Assembly (NCBI GenBank): GCA_036867785.1 | Contig: CP145414.1 | Span: 1 to 64,000 of the forward strand | Length of the DNA stretch: 64,000 bases | Source of the DNA: Plasmodiophora brassicae | Lineage: Eukaryota | Direction of reading: 5' to 3' | Part shown: positions 50,301 to 61,811 of the stretch, one piece after another | Layout: each line of letters opens with the position of its first letter | Position numbering within the stretch: the stretch's first letter is position 1 | Position numbers and translations under genes: made by a program | The notes under the pieces: model-generated | What the model was told of the DNA's origin: nothing | Seen by the model: the letters and a program-made list of their open reading frames with translations, nothing else | Databases searched by the model: none

Positions 50301-50848
50301 CCTGACGGATCGATCGACGTGGCAGAGCCCGGCCAACGTGCGGGCAACGTCGCGTGTGCCAACGGCGATGTCTGACGTCGCGTCTGCCCTAGTTGCTGCG
50401 GATGGAATCGACGACGAAGCAGGCGACAGACGAGGCGTCCGGCGAGCCCGCGGCCGAGGACGACGCACAGGCGGCCGACCAGGAGCTGGATGGGTACTGG
50501 GACGAGATCAAGAAGATCCGGGCGAACGCCGAATTCACACGGCTGAAGACCAGCCTGCTGTCAGGCAAGCAGGCGTCGCAGGCGCCGCGCGTCCCGCTGG
50601 AATCCAGTCCCAGCTACGCGAAGCCGGGCGGCGCGACGCCCGCCTCACAGGCTGCCAATCAGTACCGGGTACGTGCACCTTCCTGTGAACGAACGACCGA
50701 CGCGGGACTCACACGGTCGGGCGTGCAGATCCATCAACGGCTGAACCTGGCGCGTGTCGAGGACGTGCCGCTGTGCGGGTATAGCCCTGGTGCGTCGTCC
50801 AAGTCGACGAAGGACACGGCCATGCGGGCCAAGAAACGGACCGCCTAG
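47352..50848 (+). CDS. EF-hand + WD40 repeat protein (WDR49/WDR64/EFCAB8-like), multi-exon
   Basis: LFMKIDANSDGTVDWDEF EF-hand, then many WD repeats (SRDGTFKVWN, GHMAAV..DKTIKVWD, GGWDARIRVW). Confidence 0.88.
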
Positions 50849-50949
50849 ACGGACGGGTGCGCGCCCATCGTGTCGCTGAGCATACAGATCGTGGGAGTCG
50901 CCTGCCGTCGACCAACGCCCATGTCGGGTCCGTTGCGATCGCGGTGCGT

Positions 50950-52041
50950 TCAATGGAAGTCGTTTAGGTTGCTGATGATCATGTCGATGTCGGGTTTGCG
51001 CTCGACAAGGTTGGCGGGTTCCTCGACAGCAGGGAGCAACCCCGACGCTTGCCGCATCGCCAGTTCCTCCTTGCGCTGCGCCTCGGCGACCTCCTGTGCC
51101 AGTTGAGGAGTCAGTACACGCGTGCTGATGCGGGGCATAGGATGCGATTCGCACGACCTGCTCTTCGAGCTTGACAGCTTTTACATGTTTCAACCTGACA
51201 GACAGCCGATCAGTAGCCGCAGGGTCGTGGCGAAACGGTGCGTCCGCTCTCCCGATGCGTCGCCCGACCTGTAGAACTCTTCGCGCTCCAGCTCCTACAT
51301 ATTCGCTGACGATTCAGCAGCAGCGCTGACCAGCAACGCAACGCTGCATGGCTTACGTCCAGTTCGCTAACGATGTACGAGATCGTATTCTCGATCCTGG
51401 GGATGACGACAAAGTCGAGGGCGTTGACGCGCCGGTTCGTGACCTTCAGCGCGGCGTCGATCAGGAGCAGCGACGTCTGCAGCGAGGCAACCGTGACCAG
51501 GTTCGCCAGCACCTTCGAGAACGTGTCGCGACATTTCGCGATCTGCATGCCGCCCTTGGACAACCCGACGGGCGATGCTGTGGGCCGCGAACTTAGGGCA
51601 ACGTGCAACGCGGGCCCTGCAGTGCAGCAGCGCCCACCCTCGGTTTCGCGTTTCGCAGGTTGGAACGTGGGTATCTTCACGCCGGCCACGTTCTCCATCG
51701 ATACAGTGACACGGAACGACGCCGCCTTGACCTTCTCGATGACCTTGTCGCTACGCGCGCGGAGGGTCAGTGCGGAGCGGGTCACGAGGGTCCACGAGGG
51801 CGTACTTGAAGGCGCCCGCGGCCCACGTGGCCTCGGTGTGCGAGAAGGCGGCCGCCTTCAGGTCCTCGCCGATCGACTGCTTCGTCTCGTAGATGCGGCG
51901 CGTGATGGCGCGGATCTTCGCCTTCAGCGCGTCCGACTTCTTCTTCAGCAGGGTGAACCCGCGTCGCGCCCCGACCTGCTTCGTCTTCATGTTCTGCAGC
52001 GCCATGCGCGACGGGAACACGGCCAGGCGCGCCTCCGACAT
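50950..52041 (-). CDS. ATP6V1D: V-type ATPase subunit D (multi-exon)
   Basis: VFPSRMAL...GFTLLKKKSDAL, ENVAGVKIP, GLSKGG, LKVTNRRVNALDFVVIPRIENTISYI.SELD. Confidence 0.95.
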
Positions 52042-52540
52042 TGCGACACGGAACGCGCGCGCGGCGAACGGCGCCCTCAACGCCACTGGACGAGTCGTTC
52101 GCCGAAAACGACCTAAAAAATAAAAAAGGATCGACGTGTTCCGCGACGGGTTTTGTGGAGCAGCGGGGGGCGTGCGGCGTGCGTCGTCGTGGCGCTGCCC
52201 AGCAGGTGCCCCCGGTCGCGCATGATACACTCCTGCGCGCGGCTCCATCGGCGGCACACTGGCCAGAGTCGCGCTGCGTTCCCGACACAAGTGACGCGCG
52301 CAACATGTATTTCGACACACTGCGGAAGGACGTATTGGGGGGCGACGGTATGATAGGGTGCAGCGGCGCGGCTAGGTCCCGCACGGCGATGACGCACCGG
52401 GCCCACGACAGATTCGGTGTGATAGCGGTTCGTATGTTTTGGTTTGACGTTGACGACGATGATGATGGTGGTGGTGGTGGTGGTGATGCGCTTACTACTG
52501 GTGTTGCTTTGTGTGTAGCGACCGGTGCTGATCGGCGGGG

Positions 52541-54147
52541 CTACAGGCCCTGAAGATCGACGAGGCCGACACTGCCCTCTTCTCCTGCGAACAAATCATT
52601 GTTCACGTATTGCTGCTGATGTTCCTGGTTCTGCCGCTGCGGCTGCGGGTGCTGCTGCGCAAACGCCTGCGGGTGCTGTTGTAGCGCCACGATCGGCGCC
52701 TGATGTAGCAACTGCCCGGGTGCTGCCACGACCTGGCGATGCTGGCCAGGCGGAGACAACGGCAGCGACTGAGACGCGATGTGCTGCAGGACCATCTTCG
52801 AGATCTCGACCGGCCCCGTGATGAACGTGCAGTACGACTTGACCGTTCCGGCGAGGACTTCCCACCGCCAGGCGCGGAACGATGCCGGCCAGTCCGGCAC
52901 GTCGATGCAACTCCACTGAATGGCGTGGAACGTGTCCGCCTGCTGCTGGATCACGCCGCGAAGCAGCTTCTGGTCGGCGGCGCAGGCGACGCCCTCGCCG
53001 TCGACAATGTACCCGGCGAATTTGACGCGCCAGTGCTCCAGGCAGCTGGACGGGTCGTGACGCGGGAGCTCGAGCGGGACCGTGTCGCCGTACGCCCGCA
53101 TGTGCTGGACCAACAGCTCCTCCTCGTCCAGGGTCCACTTGGACCCCCGCTTCTCCAGGAGCCTGTCGTTTCGGTTCAGAGCGCGATCCGGCGGCCGACG
53201 GTACGCGCGGGCCGCGTGCGCTGCCCCTCCATTACCGATACTTGTCCCTGCACGAGCACGGCAGGCGCTCGATCATGGAGCCGATCAGGGTCCACTTCCG
53301 CCCGTGCTTGGCGACGAGTTGCCTGGCAGGCAGGTCAGAGTCGGTTCGGTTCGGGGCGGGCGCGTGCGCGCCGACGACGACCAGCGAACCTCAGCAACGC
53401 GATGTCGTCGTCCGTCCATTTCCCGGTGCTGCGGTCGGCGAAGGCGCGCGTACAGAAATGGTAGCAGGAGCTGACCGACCGATGCGGCAGGCACTGGGCT
53501 ACGCAGACACACAGAGGGCGTCGATGATTCGGATCGGCGTCTGGGACGCGCAGGCAGGCCGACCTACCGATGATGGACCAGGCGCCGCGCAACTCGGGGC
53601 GTCGTTTCTTGGCGCACAGCATCTGGATGCCGGCGTCGCCCAGGTCGTGCTCGCGGACGTAGCTGTGCGACCACGACAACGACGCGGTCAGAAACGTGCC
53701 GGAACGCGAAACGCGACCGCGTTACTCCAGGACGGCCTTGCGGAGGATCTCCTTCTCGCCCGGCGTGAACCGCCCCTTCTGAAACTGCCGCCCCTTCTCG
53801 CTGAACTGCCGCGACGACGACGACGACGACGTCGTCATCGTCGCTGTCGACGATATCGCCGGGACGGATTTCTCGTCCCCCTCGAACTCGTCGTCGTCAT
53901 AGGCGCCGTCGCTCGTGTGCCCGCTGGCGGAGTCGTCCGGCTGCCACCCGGCGCCGACGGCGTTGAACGCGGACGCCATGTCGCGGTCGGGCGGCAGCTG
54001 CGCGCGCGACATGGCCAGCAGGGCGATCGACGCGATCGACAGCTCGCCGGGCACCGGCTCCTGCTGCACGCGACCGGCGTCCGACGGCGACGCGAACGGC
54101 ACACGCCACGGCGCCGCGGCGGAAGTTTCAAATGAGCCGCGCGGCAT
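52541..54147 (-). CDS. Myb-repeat protein, Reb1/TTF1/DMTF1-like (multi-exon; start uncertain)
   Basis: KGRFTPGEKEIL, LPHRSVSSCY, GKWTDDDIALL, KHGRKWTLIG, CRDKYR, KWTLDEEELL, then a Q/H/P-rich tail. Confidence 0.82.
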
Positions 54148-54587
54148 TATAGCGACGACAGCAGGCGTCGGGGGGAAAAAAACGCGTTGGGCCCTGTGGA
54201 CGCGGCAGCCGCAGCAGGTGGCGGACGACGAGGACGCCCTCTGCGTCTTCGTGTGTCGCTGGGCTGCGTGGCGCGTGCGCGCTCCCCAATTCAAGGGGGC
54301 GCGGCCGATTCGTGACGTCCCCGTGACCCGGGATACGATATGCTGTGCCCGCCGGCTGGCCTGCGCCCAAGGGCTGCCGTGCCGAACGCTGTGTGGACTT
54401 AAGGTCTGCCAGGGGTCCACGGCCGATCGCAGGCCGTCACACGCGCGATACCCGTACGCCATTCGGCTATTACGATTCGCAGGACGCGGTGCACACACAC
54501 ACGCCTAGTACACGAACGAACCGCTGCCCCCTAGTTTACCAGCAATCGCACGACAACGAGAACCCCGAGGCCGGCGCGTCGGCGCGT

Positions 54588-55423
54588 TCAGATCAGGCCC
54601 GCCGAGGCCGACCCGAACCCGGCAGAGCCGAGCCCGTACCCGTGCAGGGTCTTGCCGCCGTAGTGGTTCTGCTTGGCGGCGGCCTGGGCCGCCTTCTTGG
54701 CCGCCGTCGCCTTGCGACGATGGGCGGCCGACTTGGCCGCCGCGTTCTTCATCGCCGCCTGCTGGGCGGCCGCCTTGTACGCCGCGTTGCGCGACGCGCT
54801 GCTGGCCGCCGCCGAGCGCGCCGCCGATTTCCTCGTCGCCGCCTTGTTCGCCGCCGCCTTCGACGCCGCGCGCTTCGACGCCGCCGCCACCGACGCCGCC
54901 TTGGCCACGTTCGCCTTGTTCACGTAGCTCTTCGTCACGTCGCTCGCCTGCTTGTGGTACACGTTGAGGTTCTTGACGCGCGAGAACCTGGCCTGTCATG
55001 ATCGTCACGGGCGGGGTACGAGGGCCGGCCGCGCCTACATCGCGCGCTTACCTTGTGCATGCGTGCACTGGCCGCGTTCTTCTTGCGCAGGGCGGCCGCA
55101 TTGGACGACGCCGCCTTGACGGCGGACAGCTTCGACGCGGCCTGGTTGGCGGCCGCCTTCCTCATCGTCGCCTTCTTGGCCTGCGCCGCCGACGCCGCCT
55201 TCAGCGCCTTCTTGGCGTTCGCCTGCTTGGACGCGACCGCCTTGGACGCCCCGGCATTGGCCTTGACGGCGGACGCGCCTATCGCCTTCTTCGAGGACGC
55301 CGACCCGCCCGTGTTGGCGGCGCCGACGTTGTTCCCGTATGTGGAACCGAAGCCGGCATCGGCCCAGTGCACGGCCAGGGCGACGACGACGACAGCGACA
55401 AGGACGAAGGACGTGCGCGTCAT
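54588..55423 (-). CDS. Secreted Ala/Lys-rich highly basic protein (2 exons)
   Basis: Signal MTRTSFVLVAVVVVALAVHWADA, intron 54993-55051, mature chain dominated by A/K/S/N with almost no D/E. Confidence 0.85.
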
Positions 55424-55742
55424 GTCGGATCGATATGGGGAATGGGCGGTCGCCCGTCCCGGTTCCGCACCTGGTCGGACGCCTTCGGACAGGCGCACGG
55501 CCACATGTTCATCGCCCGGCGCGTTCCGGCCTCATGTGCGGCCGAAGCGCCCCCCCGGGTGCCCGGCCGGCACGCGCGCGCGCCCGCATCACCACCACCA
55601 CCACCACCCGAGATCCGTCCACCCACCCGAAGATATCTACGACCATGACGCCGGGTCTCGAATCTTCTGCAGTCCCCCCCCCCCCCCCCCCCCCCCACAC
55701 GAATCAACGGTCGTTGTCGTCGTTGCTGGGCGCGCGCTCACC

Positions 55743-56304
55743 ATGATCGGGCTCTTCAGCAAGGTGCTGTCGGCCGCCGACCTGGACGACAAGTCTGGCA
55801 AACAACACGGTCAGGCGCGCGGGTCGGTGCGGCGGCTGCCGACGACCTGTTGCTGACGTGTACGGTCAGGCGAGGACTGGGGCGAAATCCCCGACGATGA
55901 CGACTCGGACCGCGTCCCCATGGACAACATCCTGGACCTGGAGGCGGCACGGGAGGTCGCCCTGTTCCAGGTACGAGCGCGTGTCCGTTGCGTCGCGGTC
56001 GCCATCGATGTTGATGGTGGTGGCGGGCGCCGGGCAGGCGGCGGCGCGCAACGACGTGAAATCGGGGTGCTACCTGATCAAGGAGGGCGCCATCGTCAAC
56101 TGCCAAGACGCGGACAACCTGTGCACAGCGTTGCACGTCGCCTGCAGCTATGGGAACGTGGCCGTCGCCGAGGTCCTGATCCGGGCCGGCGCCGACATGG
56201 ACATGCGCAACAAGGACGGCAAGCGGCCGACCGACCTGGCCGCCGCCAACGGCTTCAGGGAGCTCGTCATGGTCCTCAACCTGCTCTGCCACGAGGTCTG
56301 CTGA
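55743..56304 (+). CDS. Small ankyrin-repeat protein (3 exons)
   Basis: TALHVACSYGNVAVAEVLIRAGADMDMRNKDGKRPTDLA. Confidence 0.85.
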
Positions 56305-56644
56305 TGCCGCCCCCAGCCACCCCCCGCCCCTGACGTACCTATTTATCCCCATTCCCTTTCCGATTCTAAACCCGCGCCATGAGACGCGTCCGTACCACGG
56401 GGGCGCGCTCCTGTAGCAGTCGCTCCTGTAGCAGTCGCCGGCTCCTGTAACGGGTCGCGGTGGACGGCTCCTGTAACGGGTCGCGGTGGACCAGGATCCG
56501 GAACACGGGACCCGTTCTTGGTGGCAGCATGAGGTGGAGACGCGGTCGCTCGGAACTTGTGGCTCCGGACGAGGCGGGTCGGCGTTCGGAGCCCAGGCGG
56601 CCGGCGCCGGGGCGCCGTTCCGGCCGCTGCCGTCAGTTTGACAA

Positions 56645-57241
56645 ATGTCGTCGCCCTGCGCTGTTGCCCTCGGCGTCGCCGCGCTCGCGTTCGTCGCACA
56701 TGGCGTCGGCGTCATGCAGGCGATGGAGCGGATCCCGTCCTTGTCGTCGTTCGTCGGCGCGCTGAACCAGACGGGCCTGGCGTCGAACCTGACGCAGCAG
56801 GGGCCGTTCACGGTGCTGGCGCCCGACAACGACGCGTTCGCCAACGCGGTCCTGCCGACGAACAGGACGGCGCTGATCGACCTGCTCGGCTACCACATCC
56901 TGCGAGGCAACCTGACGCTGGCCCAGCTGCGCAACGGGACAATGGCGGCGAGCAACGGCCAGAACCTGACCGTCTTCTCGCTGCTGGCGGGCCAGGGCAA
57001 CGCCTCCATCACGATCAACGACGCCGCCGTCATCGCCGGCGACATTGTCGCCGACAACGGCATCGTCGACATCGTCGACCAGGTCCTCGTACCCGACTCT
57101 GAATCGCTCAGCAACGCCACCAATAGCAGCAGCGGCAGCGGCGACGAACCGGATGGCGAAGGCCCGATGCCGTCGAACGCGACGTCCCCGACTGGCGCCA
57201 CGAGCAACAACAACAGCAGCACGCCGCCGGCATCGACGTAG
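56645..57241 (+). CDS. Secreted fasciclin (FAS1) domain protein
   Basis: Signal peptide, GPFTVLAPDNDAF, LLGYHIL, DIVADNGIVDIVDQVLVP, S/T/N-rich tail. Confidence 0.92.
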   Translation: MSSPCAVALGVAALAFVAHGVGVMQAMERIPSLSSFVGALNQTGLASNLTQQGPFTVLAPDNDAFANAVLPTNRTALIDLLGYHILRGNLTLAQLRNGTMAASNGQNLTVFSLLAGQGNASITINDAAVIAGDIVADNGIVDIVDQVLVPDSESLSNATNSSSGSGDEPDGEGPMPSNATSPTGATSNNNSSTPPAST

Positions 57242-57512
57242 GTGGATGGGGGGCGCCCTGGCCAGGGCGGGCAGCCGTTGTATCGAGCTGGTCAATACAC
57301 TTTGGCGGAATGCCTGAACGGCCGTTATTCTTCACTGTGCGTCAGCGGCAGGGCGCGTACGTATTGTACCCTATGTGTGCGGGCGCGCGCCCAGGAGAGG
57401 GCGACACCCGGCTATACGTTGCGCTTGGCACGAAGGTTCGATCGAGAATAGTGTCCGCGTTTAATAACGACTATCGCCATGGTGCAGGGGCGAGAAAGGA
57501 GGCGCCCGGCCC

Positions 57513-57869
57513 CTAGTTGAAGCGTGACACGACGCGAACGTCGCGTCGGACGACGGCGGATCCGCCGCCCGGGATCCCGACGGCACCGCGAGCGACGAAG
57601 GCGCGCCTCCCGTACGGGACGTAGACGCGGCGAGGCGACCATCGCCGGCAATTGTTCCGGCAGACGCGCCCGCATCGCTGCCAGCAGCCGGGGTAGGGCG
57701 CGCGCCGGCAACGCGCCTGGCAGTTGTAGTGGCAGCGGCGCAGGCAGAAGTCGCCATAGTTCGGGTGTCCGCGCCCGGCCACGATCACCGACTCGACCGG
57801 CCTGGCCATCACGTGCAGCAGGACGACGACCAGGAGCACCGACGCGGCCAGCAGCGCTCGCGTCCCCAT
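57513..57869 (-). CDS. Small secreted Cys/Arg-rich protein
   Basis: Signal MGTRALLAASVLLVVVLL, CX3CX3CX3C-X7-CX3CX3CX3C core, Arg-rich tail. Confidence 0.8.
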   Translation of the reverse strand: MGTRALLAASVLLVVVLLHVMARPVESVIVAGRGHPNYGDFCLRRCHYNCQARCRRAPYPGCWQRCGRVCRNNCRRWSPRRVYVPYGRRAFVARGAVGIPGGGSAVVRRDVRVVSRFN

Positions 57870-58031
57870 CGTTTGATGAATTTGTCGGAATGTGGGTTTA
57901 GCGCGCCACACCCACACACCCGGCCGGATCGGGATCGGCCGCCGTTCCGCTCGGACGCGCGTCGCCTCCGGTCCACAACACAGCGGGCGTGTTGTATTCA
58001 GTGCCGACCGGCCCGAACCCGGCGCGCCCCA

Positions 58032-59423
58032 TCACCACTTGGGCACGTTCCGGAACCCGACGGCGGCGAACTCGCGGTACGCGCCCGACTTGACGTCCAG
58101 GACGCTGATGACGTTGCCGGCGCCGGCGGCGACGACCTCCTGCGACGCCGGCGAGAAGTCCAGCGAGTACGTCCCGTCCGTCTTGTGCTGGAACAGCTCG
58201 CTCTGGGCCGTGTGCGGCGCCTGCCGGTCGAAGACGCGGAACTCGTCGGCTTTCGTGCCGCCCACCGCGATACGGGGCGCTCCGATCTGTCAACGACAAC
58301 GCTTAGCAGGGGCGACGACGACGACGACGACGACGACAATACCTTGCTGAACTGCGCCGTGTAGATCATCGACGACGAGTAGGGCAGGGTTTCGACGACG
58401 GCCATGGTGCGCAGGTCCCAGAGCTGGACGGTGTCGCTGGCGGCCCAGGACCCGGTCAGGACCTGCTGGCCGTCCACGTCGATCGCGTCGCCGCAGACGT
58501 GCGGGCCGAACAGGGCGCCCGGCGTCGACATGGCGCCCGGCAGGCGCACGTCCCACACCCGGACCGTGTCGTCCCACCCGCCGCTCAGCAGGACGTTCTG
58601 CAGCAGCAGCGAACCGGTGTGATTCGCCGAGCGGTGGAACGCGGTCGCAGCCTTACCGAACCGTCGCCGCCGAACCGGACGGCGAACACGCGATTCGAGT
58701 GGCCCTCGAACGTGCGCACCAGCGCGCCGGTCGCCTCGTCGTACAGGCGGACGACCCTGTCTGCCAGCAGAGAACGCGCACATGAGCCGGAGAGAGAGAG
58801 AGAGCGCGCGCCCCCGGTTACCTTTGCCGGCGGTGGCGAACGTCGTGCTGTCCGCGTTGTAGTCCAGCGCCAGGACCTGGTTGTCCTGCTCGACCAGGTG
58901 GCGAACCTTCTCCCCCGTCCTGTAGTTCCATTCGGCAATGTGCCCGTTCGTGTAGACGGCGACGAGGACGTCGGTCAGCGCGTCCGACGACGGGCGCCCG
59001 CGGAACCTGCGCGACGATGACGACCGGCGCTTCGCCCCTGACGAAGGCACCAGACTGACCGTAGGGCGGTGGCCGGCGACCCGGACGCCGTCTTGTTGAT
59101 AAAGTGCAGGCACTCGCCGTCGGCGACGCTGTAGATGCCCATGCAGCCGTCGGCGGTCGACACGGCCACCTGCGAAACACGTTCGTCGGTGGGGGCGGCC
59201 GGCCCAGCAACGTCGGCAACGACGACCGGACCTGTTTGCCGTCGGGCGCGTACCGGATCGCCAGGATGTTGTTCACGTTCGCAGGGATGCGCCGCATGTC
59301 GTCGGCGGCGATCGTCTTGTGGTGGCGCAGGGCCTGGAAGTAGTCGATCCCGATCCAGGACATGCGACGCGGCTGCTGGGCGCCCGCATCGGCGCCGACC
59401 TCGCCCTCGACCTGCGACGTCAT
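58032..59423 (-). CDS. WD40 repeat protein (multi-exon)
   Basis: ILAIRYAPDG, LALDYNADSTTFATAG, GHSNRVFAVRF, LSGGWDDTVRVWDVR, GPHVCGDAID. Confidence 0.88.
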
Positions 59424-59961
59424 GACGGACGGCGGCACGTTGCTGTTGTGACTCGAAGCAGAGACAGGCGGGGGCGCCGTCGCCCGGCAACCGATTCGGC
59501 CAATGCCATCGTGTACTATTGCCACACTAGGTCGGTCGTGATGTAGGTCAACTGCAGGGTCCGGTCGTCGTCGCTGGGGCTCAGTAGTAGTCGTCGTTGT
59601 CGTAGGGCGTGTCCGAGTCCGACGACGACGATGACACGCCAGGTCGAACCAGACGTGAGGGTGTGTCTTGTGTAGGATCTTCATCGGCACCCGTTGCTGC
59701 TCCTGCACAGGGCTCGCCGCTGCAGAGGTGACATCGGGGAGCAACGTCCCTCAACAAGAGACAACGGCGGCAACAATCTGCTTGCCTGCCACCCACCCCT
59801 CTAATTGGCCACGTATCCTTGTCGTCGACGTGTCTCACAGCGGCGAGCTCTGCCCTCTCTCTCTACACACTCTCTCTACGCTTCCGCGGGTAAACGCAGG
59901 GGCGAAGCGAACGTGCTGCACATTCCAACAATCGTGTACTACGAAGACGACGTCGCCGCGC

Positions 59962-60351
59962 TCAGTAGTAGTCCTCGCTGCTGCCGCTGTCAGAGCTGGG
60001 CGACGATTCCTGGGTGTACAACTCGCTGGACGACGGCTCGTTCGCGCTGGACATCTCGTCGTACGTCTGCGTCGATGGGTACTCGTCGTAGAACTCGCCC
60101 GATGTTGACGACGACGCCTCCACGTAGACCAGGTACGCGTCCGCCTCCGCCTCGTACGTCATCGCCGGGTACGAGAGCACCGCGTACGTCTCCTCGGCGG
60201 TGACGTATGCCGGCTGCGACTCGAACGACTCGACGTAATCGTCCGACGTCACGTGCGCCGGGTCGTACGCCCCTTCGTACCCGGCGCTAACGTCGGCGAC
60301 GACCACCAGGGCGACCAGCAGCAAGGCCTTCGGCAGCACCATCATCATCAT
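59962..60351 (-). CDS. Small secreted acidic Tyr/Ser/Glu-rich protein
   Basis: Signal VLPKALLLVALVVVADVSA; mature part has no K/R/C, many Y, S and E; ends SEDYY. Confidence 0.8.
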   Translation of the reverse strand: MMMMVLPKALLLVALVVVADVSAGYEGAYDPAHVTSDDYVESFESQPAYVTAEETYAVLSYPAMTYEAEADAYLVYVEASSSTSGEFYDEYPSTQTYDEMSSANEPSSSELYTQESSPSSDSGSSEDYY

Positions 60352-60570
60352 CGCCCTCCTGTTGATCGCGACCCAATATCCAAATGACGCCGACCCCCGG
60401 ACGACGTCTGGGGGTCACTTCGTGGCCGCCTGCGCCTACGTTTCGTTCGTCCACACCCGCCTCTAGAGGTGGCAGCAGCGTTCCGACGCGGGAGCAGGCC
60501 GTCGCCTGATTCAGTATACTGTTCATTTGGAGATGGGAGGGAGCGGCACGAGGCGGCCGGGTTCGGGCGC

Positions 60571-61811
60571 TCACAGGGCCATGCAGTGGAGGAGCAGGGC
60601 GGCCCGTTTCAGCGGGTCGGCCTGCTCGAGCAGCACCTGCTCCTGCGAGGGCGACATGCTACACGCGAACGCGTCGACGTCAGCGATTGGGCGCCCGGTC
60701 CGCCCGTGTCAACGTTGAGCGTACCTGGTGCACAGCCCGCCGACCTGGTTGACGAGCAGGCTCAGGTCGGTGCCGTTCAGGTCGGCCGTGGCGCGCTCGA
60801 CAACGACCCGCAGGTGCGCCTCGTACATGTGCTTCCGGTCGATCATGTGCCTGGCCGCCTCGACGATGGCGCACTTCAGCTGATGGGCCAGATCCCAGTC
60901 CTAGGGGGGACAGCCGCCATCAGCGCGCGTCGGGGACCCGCAACACACAACGCGGGGGACGAACCGTAATGATGTCATCGGGGCGCCCGTTCACGTTCAC
61001 GGTCAGCAGGGACCGATCCGCCATGGACGACGCCTTGATCAGGCGCAGCGATTCGATCATCAACGATCGGTCCTGGGTCAGCTGGACGACCTTGCAGAGC
61101 GTGCCGACCTGTTCGCCGGCAGCGGGGGGCACCGGTCACGATCCGGCGTCCGAGCGCGAGGCACCCGACCCAACCTTGTGGATGTCGTTGATGTGGGGGA
61201 TGTCGATGAACTGCGACGCCATCAGGACGCGGTCGATCGTCTGCGGGACGCGGATCTTGGGCAGGGCGTAGATCGGGCGCCCGTTGATCGCCACCTTCCT
61301 CGACGCGGGCGGCTTCGCGACGACCGGCGGCATCGTCCGGTCCTGCATGAGGAACGCGCCGACCAGCGAGTGCTTGTTCATGTGCAGATCCGTCACGAGC
61401 TTGTTGTACAGCGCGCCTAGGCACATCGTTAGCGTTGGGAGGCGGGCGCATCCCGGGCACCCTACCGTGAATCTGGAGCTGGATCGTCATTCCAGGCAGC
61501 AGGGGCCGATGCGACAGCGGCAGGGCGATCACGGCGGCGGGCGTGTCGTCGCGTTCGGCAGGGGCCGCCGCCATCGCCGAGAACGCGCGACGGTTCAGGC
61601 AGGCGCGTCGCAGGATCGGCGTCGGGCGCAGCTGCGATCGGGGCAGGCGACGCGGGAAGACGGACGTCGGCAGCACTGCCGTTCGACATGGTGAGCACAC
61701 GTACGATACGGCGGTGTGGGGGCCCCGCCCCGTACCTCGCAGCAGGCCCCGACGATGGAACAGGGTGCGGCGCAGGGAGCGCGGGCCGACGAGTTCAACG
61801 GGCGGCGGCAT
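60571..61811 (-). CDS. Lon protease N-terminal-domain-only protein, probable mitochondrial presequence (multi-exon)
   Basis: Arg-rich N-terminus, ALPLSHRPLLPG, VGAFL, IHKVGTLCKV, EQVLLEQAD.LKRA.LLL then stop. No AAA+ or protease domain follows. Confidence 0.7.

Noticed and set aside
52445-52490. (GAC/GAT/GGT)n run
   Set aside because: Ordinary intergenic or UTR microsatellite.
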